NCBI RefSeq assembly: GCF_001194135.2
Contig: NC_068989.1
Coordinates: 3,702,255 to 3,766,254 of the forward strand
DNA: 64,000 nt
Origin: Octopus bimaculoides
Taxonomy: Eukaryota
Direction of reading: 5' to 3'
Part shown: piece by piece, positions 1 to 10,612 of the stretch
Numbering within the stretch: the stretch's first letter is position 1
Layout of the letters: every line of letters begins with the position of its first letter
Position numbers and translations under genes: made by a program
The notes under the pieces: generated by a model
The model's input: the letters and a program-made list of their open reading frames with translations, nothing else
The model's database searches: none
Told to the model about the DNA's origin: nothing

Positions 1-517
1 TATATATATATATATATATATGTATTTTACATGTGTCAGTCATATATACATACAGCTTTCGGGTTTGTTTGCAAATTTATGTGTGCACGTGTGTATATAT
101 GTATGAATGCATGTATGTATGTATGTATGCATGTATGTATGTATGTATGTATGTATGTATGCATGTATGTATGTATGTGTGTGTGTGCGCGCCTGTGAGT
201 GTGTGTACATACTCACATATATACGTTCTCTATAGTCCTCTCCTCGCACATCGCCATATATTATACCTAAGCGTAAACAAACATTCCGATGAACGAAACT
301 ACTCTAGAAACCACACTCTCAGGTACACATCTGCATAGGCATATACAGAGACAAACACTCACACACATACACACATACATACACAGCAGGTGGAACCCTT
401 ACAACTAAATTATTGACACAATTGCAATTTTGTACGGTATCACCTGTTTAATAGAATATCGTCTCTCCGTCTATAATATATAGAATATGAAATATTAACG
501 ATACACATACATGCATG

Positions 518-564
<47 letters not shown>

Positions 565-650
565 AAACACGCCTTTATGTGTGTACATATATATATGTAT
601 GTATATATATATATATAGTCTATATATATAGTCTATATATAATCTATATA

Positions 651-728
651 TACGAGGGGTGTATGAAAAGTCTTGAGCCTCAAAAAACAAAACATGGAAC
701 AAGACTTGAAGGCTCAAAACTTTTCCTA
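651..728. mobile_element. Mariner-derived miniature remnant (TIR + short spacer + inverted TIR copy)
   Basis: Starts TACGAGGGGTGTATGAAAAG (mariner-like TIR) inside (TA)n; arms 665-680 GAAAAGTCTTGAGCCT and 710-725 AGGCTCAAAACTTTTC are inverted with 1 mismatch. Confidence 0.5.
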
Positions 729-1010
729 TATATNNNNNNNNNNNNNNNNNNNNNNNNNNNNNNNNNNNNNNNNNNNNNNNNNNNNNNNNNNNNNNNNNNN
801 NNNNNNNNNNNNNNNNNNNNNNNNNNNNNNNNNNNNNNNNNNNNNNNNNNNNNNNNNNNNNNNNNNNNNACATATATATATATATATATACATATATAAA
901 TTTCATACGTACGTATATTCATACATACATTCTTACACATACATACATGCATGCCTACATACATACATACATACATACATACATACATACATACATACAT
1001 ACATACATAC

Positions 1011-1350
1011 AAACAAGAGAAAGAGGACATTTATGGACCATTGATAAGGAGTTTTCAAATTCAGTACCCAAGATTCACTCTTTTTTTCATGCTTATTATT
1101 ATTGGGGCAACAGGATACATACCAACTCGTCTGGAGTAAAGTATAGCTGAAGTTGGGATCTTCGGAAGAGAACACAAATCCTTAATTCATATACTACACA
1201 TGACCGCGATATCTGGGCTTATAAAAATTTGCAAGGACCTCCTAAATCTTAAAGGATTCTCAACAAAACCTGATGCTTTCCTTCACAACATTGCTTCCAA
1301 GTAGGTGGTTGGTTAAATTTTACTCTAAATTAAACAGAGAAAGAGAACAT
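1011..1350 (+). mobile_element. 5'-truncated RLE-type non-LTR retrotransposon, 3' end (family R-a)
   Basis: Reads KQEKEDIYGPLIRSFQIQYPRF..FMLIIIGATGYIPTRLE*...IKICKDLL, the C-terminus of restriction-like-endonuclease LINE ORFs; homologous to 29778-30180 and 56220-57520. 5' junction lies in (ACAT)n. Confidence 0.7.
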
Positions 1351-2214
1351 ACACACACGTACTCATAAATACATTTACTAAAGATAATACAAGTAGGATA
1401 CACGACTAGGCACCTATTCATGCATACATGGATATATAGACGCTTAAATAATACAAACATACGTGCACGCAGAGAATTTATTTAACTGACAAGACAAACA
1501 GATCCACCTTTGCACTAACATACACGAAGTCTGATCAAAAAGTATGGGAACTGGTGCTACAAAAAGAAAAACACACCATATCAATTTGGCATTTCGAAGT
1601 AGACCCCTCTTTCGAAGTAGCCTCCTGCTGAATTCGAACACTTTATCTAGGTGTCGGTTCTGTTGATAAAAGCTTACCGGAACTCCTTTTCTGGGATAAC
1701 AAGCAGCTGACTCGTTGCATTTTATTGGGTTTCAACGACGTCTGAAAATCTTGTTTCTTTCAAGTGGGATTTGATTTCTGCCTTGGTTTCGGGGTCACAG
1801 TCACAACACCACAATTCTTCACCTGTTATGGCTCTTTTCAAAATGTTTTCGTCTTCCTTGGCACAACCAAAGAGACCCTGCAGGATTGAATCCCGGTCTT
1901 CCTTTTGAGACGATCACACTCTACACACTTTACTCTCAGACACTGCTATTAACAACGGATGTGAGCAAGAACGTTATAACTTACTGTGCATGCGCGACAG
2001 AGTTCAAGGTCATTCTGTGCCATGTGTCTTTACTTTGCGTACTTTAGTTCCGTTACTATAGCAACAATTTGGATACGCTTTAATCAAACCTCAAGTGCAC
2101 ATATGCATACACTAATGTACGCATCTTAAAATGAGTTTCTGTTGATTTGGAATTCAATTTTCACTCAATATTTTATGCAATCAGTCTGCTCGAATATGTC
2201 GTCAGGCAAATATG

Positions 2215-2321
2215 TGAAAGGCAAAGTCGACCTCGGCGGAATTTGAACTCAGAACGTAAAGATAGACGAAATACTGCGAAGCATTTCGCCCAGCGTGCTA
2301 ACGATTCTGCCAGCTCACCGC
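2215..2321 (-). mobile_element. SINE-A, 5' half
   Basis: Reverse complement reads GCGGTGAGCTGGCAGAATCGTTAGCACG...TTCTGAGTTCAAATTCCGCCGAGGTCGACTTTGCC, with A-box and B-box-like motifs. Confidence 0.85.
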
Positions 2322-2459
2322 TTCTGATTGCTAAAATATTGCTGACGATAATGGCGAGAAGCTGCCGCTGCAGAAGCCACGCCGGCTCGCCGGGTTAGGG
2401 AACTTCTTTCGTTAGAGACAACTCGGTAAGATTCGACAATAGAACAATAGAACACCACC

Positions 2460-2688
2460 ACCGCCACGATTAGAATGGTAATAATGATGATGATGATGAT
2501 GGTGGTGATGACAACGATCATGATCATCACCATCATCACCATCGTCGTCATTATCATCACCATCATCACCATCGTTGTCATCATCGTCGTCATCATCATC
2601 ATGGTTATGATCGTCATCATCACCATCATCATCATCATCATCGTCATCATTATCATCACCATCATCACCATCGTCGTCATCATCGTCG

Positions 2689-2720
<32 letters not shown>
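2460..2720. repeat. Compound (ATG/ATC/GTC)n trinucleotide array
   Basis: Direct reading; explains the poly-D, poly-M and poly-I ORFs. Confidence 0.95.
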
Positions 2721-2721
<1 letters not shown>

Positions 2722-3468
2722 GGAGCAGCAGTGCCAGTACCATCAGCCGGTTGTTCCATAGTTTTTCTCACTCTACACCCCATCTTATGTGGCCACCGCT
2801 AAATAAATAAATAAATAAATAGATAAATATATAAATAAATATACAAATAAATAGATAGATAAATAGATAAATGAATGAATAAAAGAGGAGATCCATAAAA
2901 TTCGTCGAATCAGTTGACTTCATAAAATAGTAAAGTCTGAGAAATGTAATTTCCTGTTTTACGACNNNNNNNNNNNNNNNNNNNNNNNNNNNNNNNNNNN
3001 NNNNNNNNNNNNNNNNNNNNNNNNNNNNNNNNNNNNNNNNNNNNNNNNNNNNNNNNNNNNNNNNNNNNNNNNNNNNNNNNNNNNNNNNNNNNNNNNNNNN
3101 NNNNNNNNNNNNNNNNNNNNNNNNNNNNNNNNNNNNNNNNNNNNNNNNNNNNNNNNNNNNNNNNNNNNNNNNNNNNNNNNNNNNNNNNNNNNNNNNNNNN
3201 NNNNNNNNNNNNNNNNNNNNNNNNNNNNNNNNNNNNNNNNNNNNNNNNNNNNNNNNNNNNNNNNNNNNNNNNNNNNNNNNNNNNNNNNNNNNNNNNNNNN
3301 NNNNNNNNNNNNNNNNNNNNNNNNNNNNNNNNNNNNNNNNNNNNNNNNNNNNNNNNNNNNNNNNNNNNNNNNNNNNNNNNNNNNNNNNNNNNNNNNNNNN
3401 NNNNNNNNNNNNNNNNNNNNNNNNNNNNNNNNNNNNNNNNNNNNNNNNNNNNNNNNNNNNNNNNNNNN

Positions 3469-3530
<62 letters not shown>

Positions 3531-4072
3531 AAGTGAGAGATAAACATATTTTTATACATACATAGTTACACACTTACCTATCAATTTGTTTATCAATGTA
3601 TATGTTTGTGTATGATTGTTTGTGCAGCTTAAAGATTTATATGTTAGAGTATTTTTTCTTCTTCCAAAGCCGATAACATGTTATTGGTTTTGAAACAAAC
3701 CATAAAGGTCGAACCAGAATTGGGTCTCTGTCAGCCATTACTGACTAAAGAAACTGCTTTAAGTTTAGTTTCTCAAGTACTGAGTTCTTATTTAGTATGC
3801 TTTACAGACTGAAATAACAAAGAGACTGATAGTCATCATAATTATATTTTTATTGTCTTTTTGTACTAGTTTCAGTTCGTGAGCTGGGGCCATGCTGGGG
3901 CACTGCCGTTTCTTTGCTACACTTTTACTAAACCTCTTCTGATATATTTGGAATTTGATGACCAAGGGAGTTTGGATGTCGCTACACGCATCTGCACTTT
4001 TTGTCATCTGGAACTCTTTACAAGAGGAGATACAGTAATTAATTTCCTACAAATATATACATATTAATCTGC

Positions 4073-4232
4073 CTCGTTTATGTTCTGAGTTCAAATCTCG
4101 CTATGATCAACTTTGCCTATCATCCTTTCGGGGCCGACGATAAAGTCAAGTAGAAGTCAAGTACTGGAATCGCTATACTGGACTTGGCCCATTCCTCACA
4201 AAAATTGCTCGCCTTGTGTCGTAATTTGAAAC
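4073..4232 (+). mobile_element. SINE-A, head-truncated
   Basis: GTTCTGAGTTCAAATCTCGC...TTTGCCTATCATCCTTTCGGGG...GCCTTGTG matches other copies; abuts the mariner TIR. Confidence 0.75.
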
Positions 4233-4470
4233 TATTGGGTCATCCCATAAATAATGCTTTTTTATATTGCTATTATTTTTCACAATTAAGATAAACAAAA
4301 TTATTTTTTAATCTAAAATATACTCTCCTTCATTTTCTACAATGCTCTTCCATCTATCTCGTAGACTTACAAGGCCCTTCTTCCAAAATTCACTTGTCCG
4401 TGGCGGAAAATACTCCTCCATTACAGTTCTGACCTCGTCTACAGTTTCAAACATCCTCCTCATATTTTGA
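4233..4470 (-). mobile_element. Mariner transposon 3' end (transposase C-terminus + TIR)
   Basis: Minus strand about 4465-4308 reads MRRMFETVDEVRTVMEEYFPPRTSEFWKKGLVSLRDRWKSIVENEGEYILD*, a typical mariner C-terminus; TIR TATTGGGTCATCCCATAAATAATGC begins at 4233. Confidence 0.8.
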
Positions 4471-4779
4471 CAGTTTCCTCACTCATTTCTGGACAATGTT
4501 TTGCTCAGAAGAGTTTCATTCGTTCGTCTGTCAACAAACAGACATCTGCTCTGTTCCTTTGTTTTTTTTAATTCTTTTGCTTTTAAAAGTTTGCTTCTTC
4601 TCTTCCGTTGTCAGTTTGAACAGTCATGGCCATCCCAAGCGATTCTGGTTGAGTCGTTGTCAAGCAAAGTGATATGTTCGACTCGTTTCAGTCACCGGAC
4701 GGCAGCCATGCTCGAGCAGTTACCTCAAGAGATTAGTTGAAGAAATCGATCACAGTACTTATATATATTTTTAAAGATA

Positions 4780-4920
4780 GGTACTTATTGTGTCAGACAT
4801 TTCTGCCGAACCGCTAGATTACGGAGATATAAACAAAGCAACATTGGTTTCCGGGACATAAACAAACCGATAACGGTTGTCAAGCGGTGGTAAGGACAAA
4901 CCATCAGAAACACACACATA
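4780..4920 (-). mobile_element. SINE-B right monomer, internally duplicated
   Basis: GCCGAACCGCTA...CGGTTGTCAAGCGGTGG...GGACAAAC matches the right half of the 39859-40217 copy in reverse. Confidence 0.7.
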
Positions 4921-4975
4921 CATCTCTTTCGAGACAACTGTCGGACAAAGAGTAATCAATGCCATGGTAGAGACC

Positions 4976-5042
<67 letters not shown>

Positions 5043-6125
5043 GTTATTAAGATCAATAGCTGCTGAATTCCTGTAAAAATTCCAATCACTTTCACACTTT
5101 ATGGGCAACCTTTTATAGTTGATCCTGTTTGTCTGGTGAAAACTTGTTGAAAATGATAAACCCTCCTCAAACAACTGAAAACTTTTACCAAAGTTTGAAA
5201 TTATTAGCATTTTCAATACTCTTCATCTCATTATTATTTATGATTTCACTGTTGGACTCAACAGGATGGAACCAGAAACAGTGAAGTGACTGCTATCGCT
5301 AAATTCCAGGTTTTAGTTGGAACAAATGCGAAATACGATAATTTAGAAATTATTGCAAAAAAACAAAATGTGTTTTATGTAATACAAAGAATTTGGTTTT
5401 TGATATCATGCGCCTTTGTCTTTGCACTTATATTCATTCGTTCAGCCAAACATTTCACAGAATAACCATATGAAGTACACCAATCGTACAATCCTCACAA
5501 CATTATCAGACGACCATACAACTATAAACGAAGTTAAAACGAAAAATCATATAACGAAATCTAAAAGAAGAAGAAAAGAAGAGAAATGTAATAGAAAAAA
5601 GATTGTTTCAGAAAACATCCAGGACTAACAACAACAACAACAACAACAATTACGTTACAAAGAAAATCAATCTCTTAAACTAACAAACAAACAAACAAAC
5701 GAAATATTCGTTTGAGCAAGACAGAAATTGTAACATGCGGACGAATCTCTGAAAAAAAGAAAAAAGGAGAAGAAAAGAAAAATAAAGAATATAACTAAAT
5801 AAATAAAATAAAATAACCTAAACAATGAAATAATAAGCAATAAATACAAAACGGCTGATCTAATCATATGGTCTGCTTCACTCACAAATCCTCATAAAAC
5901 TTCGATATCGCTCCATCGAAGACTTGTAATCAATAAAAGAAGAGCATGGAAAAGGGCAGGATCGATACCATCCTCTTCCCCAGCACCTTTACCATAGCCT
6001 TCTCTTCATGATGATGATGATGATGATGATGATGGTTGATAGAAAGACCAAATATGTGGCGGCCCAGACTGGATTTTAATTTAACTAACTTATGGATAGT
6101 TGTTCTTCAAACTTTGTTTTTCAAC

Positions 6126-6178
<53 letters not shown>

Positions 6179-6534
6179 ATGCCGCACAAAAATAAAACTT
6201 CTCTGTCCATATTCCATTTTGCTATTATTTCTATTTCTAGATTATTGAATTTACAAACTATTTTTTCCCCCATTCTCTTTCATTGATATGCGTTTATCGA
6301 TTGAACAAGACACGCCAATCGGTGAAAACGTTCGAAATCCGGATTCTTTGTGTTCTTTATGACAATATTTCATTGTGTGTCTCCTATCTCTGTTTGTGCG
6401 TTGCCTCATATCGCAGACAGCATGAAGTCATTGAACATCTTTCGGAATATATGCATATTTTCATCATGTTCTAATGAATGTTGCTAACGGCTGTTAATCT
6501 CCGGCGAGATTTGAAACCGAAATAATGTAGCGCA

Positions 6535-6696
6535 GCTATGACTGCTGTTACGGAGCTGAGTTTTCCAACCACATGGTTTCGGGTTGCGTCTCACTGCGCG
6601 GCACCTTGAACATGCGTTTTCTATTATAGCCCTGGGCCTACCAATAACCACTGCCCTGTGAATGAATTTGATAGATAGAAATCAAATGAAAGCCCG

Positions 6697-6751
<55 letters not shown>

Positions 6752-7045
6752 TACATATCATTTCGGTCGAGTCAGTTGCTTGCTACTCTGAGTTTCACCT
6801 TTAGATGCACAAGATCTTCAGGCAGTTTATGACTTGCCTGAAGACCTTGTATGTCTCCCAGTGAAACTCTGTAGCAAGCGACTGGTTCGACTAAAACTAA
6901 ATATCATTGGTCTCTACCATGGTATTGAGTACTCTTTTCCCGACAGTTATCTCAAAAGCGATATGTGTGTGTGTTTCTGATGGTTTGTCCTCGCTACCGC
7001 TTGACAACCGGTATCGGTTTGTTTATGTCCCGGAAACTTAGCTTC
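6535..7045 (+). mobile_element. SINE-B, interrupted in its central (TCTA)n linker by a PLE-type insert
   Basis: Left monomer CCAACCACATGGTTTCGGGTT...GGCACCTTG...AAGCCCGT (6535-6700); right monomer TTTGTCC...CGCTTGACAACCG (6960-7045). Confidence 0.75.
6752..6958. mobile_element. PLE pseudo-LTR-like insert with two divergent hammerhead-like motifs
   Basis: Plus strand: CTTGC-CTGAAGA-N18-GAAACTCTGTA-GCAAG (6833-6878). Minus strand: TGC-CTGAAGA-N18-GAAACTCAGAGTA-GCA (6824-6781). The two arms are homologous inverted copies. Confidence 0.55.
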
Positions 7046-7167
7046 CTGTATCCACTCGGTATGTCAAGCCCGTATTGTTGGTAAACTGTCTCTCTCTCTT
7101 TGTCCCATCTGTCTGTCGCCCCAATTAAAAAAAATAATAGAAATCAATGTTATCGTTTCTTATATTT

Positions 7168-7345
7168 CAGGAAGCGATCGTTCACGCACCGGACAGAGTG
7201 CCTTGCAGCTTTTCTTCCGGTTCTCAACGTTCTGAGTTCAAATACTAGCAAGGCCTACTTTGGTTTCCATCATTTCAGGGTCGATAAAAGAAGTATGAGT
7301 CAAGTACTGGGGTCGATGTAATCGACTGCTCCCTCTCGAAATATA
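7168..7345 (+). mobile_element. SINE-A, diverged
   Basis: AACGTTCTGAGTTCAAAT...CATCATTTCAGGGTCGATAAAA...GTACTGGGGTCGATGTAATCGACT. Confidence 0.75.
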
Positions 7346-7817
7346 CCCCAGTACATTTTTTTAAAGACTGGAACTGCATCTGTCTATTTGCCTAACTGCT
7401 ATGTTACCAGGATATAAACAATGAGATATAGATTACGTCAATGTTGTGTATTAGACTCCTCCGAGAACAGGACCATCTCTTCTAACTATTACAGGAACTA
7501 CACAGATCCTGAATCAGTTTGTGAGAAATAATTCATCATAGCTGTCATTCATATGGTACAATGACTTGGTATCATGTACCATGCTTTTGTTTATTGTTGT
7601 AGGTAGCCCGTTAGTTATGTGCAGACATAGTCGAACGGCTCTTTCACTCTTCACCCTGTGGAACAATGAGGTACAGTGACGCTACGGGAAGAAAGAGCCC
7701 GTGCGAATACTCAGCCGCTACTCACTTTCAGCCCTGAAAACTAGGTCACGTGCCTTATAGTATAATTCACATTGAAAGCAGTTCTTATATTAATCATTCT
7801 TAACGGAGGAGGAAGGA

Positions 7818-8047
7818 CTGCAATTTTGGTGAGAGGGAAGTTTGACACCGGTGCTCAACTGGTACGTACTTTGGCACACGCCCAGCAAATTTGTGGGTGG
7901 GGGTAAGTCAATTACATCTTTATCGACTTCACTTTATCGACCTCACTTTATCGCTGATGAAATGAATTGTCGGCCTCAGAACGTAAAGACAGACGAAATG
8001 CCACTAAGCAGTTTGCTCGGCTCACTAACGATTCTGCCAGCTCGTCG
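7818..8047 (-). mobile_element. SINE-A
   Basis: CTCAGAACGTAAAGACAGACGAAATGCC...CTAACGATTCTGCCAGCTCG is the reversed head; contains a local CACTTTATCGAC tandem. Confidence 0.75.
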
Positions 8048-8822
8048 GCTTATTCCATTCTGTATATTGGTGTGGAAGGTAACAAGGCTGTTTTTGTTTT
8101 ACTCGAGTGTTATGGGAAATCTGAGTAATTATTCTTTCTCATGTTCTTCATTATTTTTCCACCCCCGCCCCAGTACCCCCAACACCACCACGACAACAAT
8201 AACAATATTTTATGATTTATTTTTCTTTTCCTACCACGCATTAATCTAATTACTACTATATGCTTTTGCAAAAAAAAAATAATTAATAATTAATTAATAA
8301 TTAAGAAAGTGAAAGAGTGTCAAAATAAAGAGGAAAAAAAAAACGATCGAAACAAGAAAAGAATCGTGTAAGAACAAAAATGAAATAAAAAGCAAAAATG
8401 AAAAAAATAAAAATACAAATTAACAAACAAGATAAATAAATATGTAAACAAGCCTATAAAAAATATTAAAAATTACATAAAAATTCACAAATAAAAAACA
8501 AAAAGTTAAGGTGTGTTTCGATCGTGTAAACTCGATATAGAACAGAACACACCTAAAACTTAGCCGTATTTTCGTATTTTCGTCTTCTGTCTTGGTTGTT
8601 TATATATACACGTATGAAATCATTGATTGATTCTAGTGGAGTCGATTTTAACGCCTTTGCCAAATTTTCACACACGCTTACATACACATATCCGAACACA
8701 AACGCATTTACAATCATATACGATTATGCACACGCACATACATACATGAACATACATGCACACATACATGCACACATACACAAGCACATATACATTTATC
8801 AGAAAGATATTGGCACCTTGGC

Positions 8823-8875
<53 letters not shown>

Positions 8876-9819
8876 ACGGTTAAAGAACCCCTTAGGGCAT
8901 GAATGATCATAGTATTGCACCTAGAAAGTTCCCCTTCGAGGCACAGGTCAAGGCAAGGTGGGTGCATCGAACCAAAATTACCATCTAGTTGTAGCTGGTG
9001 CTACGCCGGTTCCATCAATTCTAACAAACTCGATTTTGTGTTTCTGCCCATCAAGGTCGATAAAATGCCCTGAAAAATCAACCTTCGACCCTATGCCTGA
9101 GCACGAGCGCATTTATATGACTGAAATGAAGAATGTTACTGCTCTGTTCATCTTATAATCATCATCGTGCAAATTCATTAGACCAATTGAAAAACAAGAT
9201 TTTGTAGAATTTCTCACATATTGTAAGTTCTAAATTCATATCGACCAGAGTCGACTTTTCCTTTCATATTTCCAAGGTCGATAAAATAAAGTTCCCGTCT
9301 TGTGCCGAATAAAAGACTAGAACTCTCATACTAAAGTTGAAATATTGTGCTAAGCCGAAATTAGAAGTTACTAAATATTAATGTATAATTTTGGATGGAA
9401 ACAATTTTCTGTCATTTCTTTTAAATCAATAATAAAATGATGATTGTCATTACATCACATTTCTTTTGAATCTTCCACCCACCAACATATCAATGGCCTT
9501 TGGCTTGTACTCTAAATTTAAAAGAAAACCATTGTTTCGTGTTGTTTTTCTAATCGATAATCCCTCGATCAAAGAAATCTTTTGATCTTCATTGGCCACT
9601 CAAATACTTAATACTGAATCAATAAAGTTTCCCGTATTAAGAATGAGAAGATGAAAGGAAAAGGACGGAAGATCAAAAGACAAAGACAGGTGAATATATA
9701 TATATATGAAAGTATACATATATATGTGTATGCATGCGTGTGTATGTGTGTGTGGGTGTATGTTTATGTATATACGCGTGTATATATAAGGATATATATA
9801 GATATACATACATATATGA

Positions 9820-9868
<49 letters not shown>

Positions 9869-10464
9869 NNNNNNNNNNAGAGAGAGAGAGAGAGATAGAG
9901 AGATAGAGGGAGAGAAAGGATGGGAGAGATCTGGAGAGATAAAGATTGCGATGAAAGACAAAACGTCAAAACTACGCAACAAAGAACGGGAAAGAGTGTG
10001 AAAGAAAGAATGAAAGCACGAACATGAAGAATCTATGACTACAAGACTACACTGCTTCATTGTGGTGAAGGCTGGATTGCATTTCTGTTTAAAAGAAGAA
10101 AAAAAGAACAGTATCGAAATTATTTAAGATACATCACATGTTGGACATTATGTTGGAAATCCACTGCCGGGCTTCCCACCGCCGCATCTGTTTAATGCTA
10201 GAAATATACGGTCGTGGTCTCTGTCGTATATCCAACGAGGGTTTAGTAGTGAGATCAACTGAATAACCAGCTCCTGAGTTATCGAGGAAGTTAAAGGGAG
10301 AATCTTTTATCCTTTCATTGTAACTTATTTCAGTGAGTAGACTGTAGCGATGCTAGGAGAATTCTTAGCTATTCCAGGACCTATGTTTCTTTAAAGCATG
10401 GTGCTTATTCTGTCAATCTTTCCTTGGTCAACCCGACAAATCATGAGCTATTAAGCACACTAGC

Positions 10465-10612
10465 ACCAGTTGTCTTTTCGTCTACCAAATCCGCTCACAA
10501 GCCTTATGTCAGCCCGGGGCTATAGTAGGAGACACTTGTACAAGATGCTCCGCAGTGAGATTGAACCCTGATCCATGTTGCTGCAAAGCAAACTTCTTAC
10601 CACACACACGCC
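10465..10612 (-). mobile_element. SINE-B left monomer
   Basis: CGTCTACCAAATCCGCTCACAAG...GGCTATAGTAGGAGACACTTG...GATTGAACCC...CTTACCACAC. Confidence 0.75.

Noticed and set aside
2315-2810. Long poly-D, poly-M and poly-I ORFs (also 13843-14312, 27201-27487, 27980-28343, 37452-38106, 42825-43484)
   Set aside because: They are translations of trinucleotide microsatellites that lack stops in several frames; no complex protein sequence or splice support.
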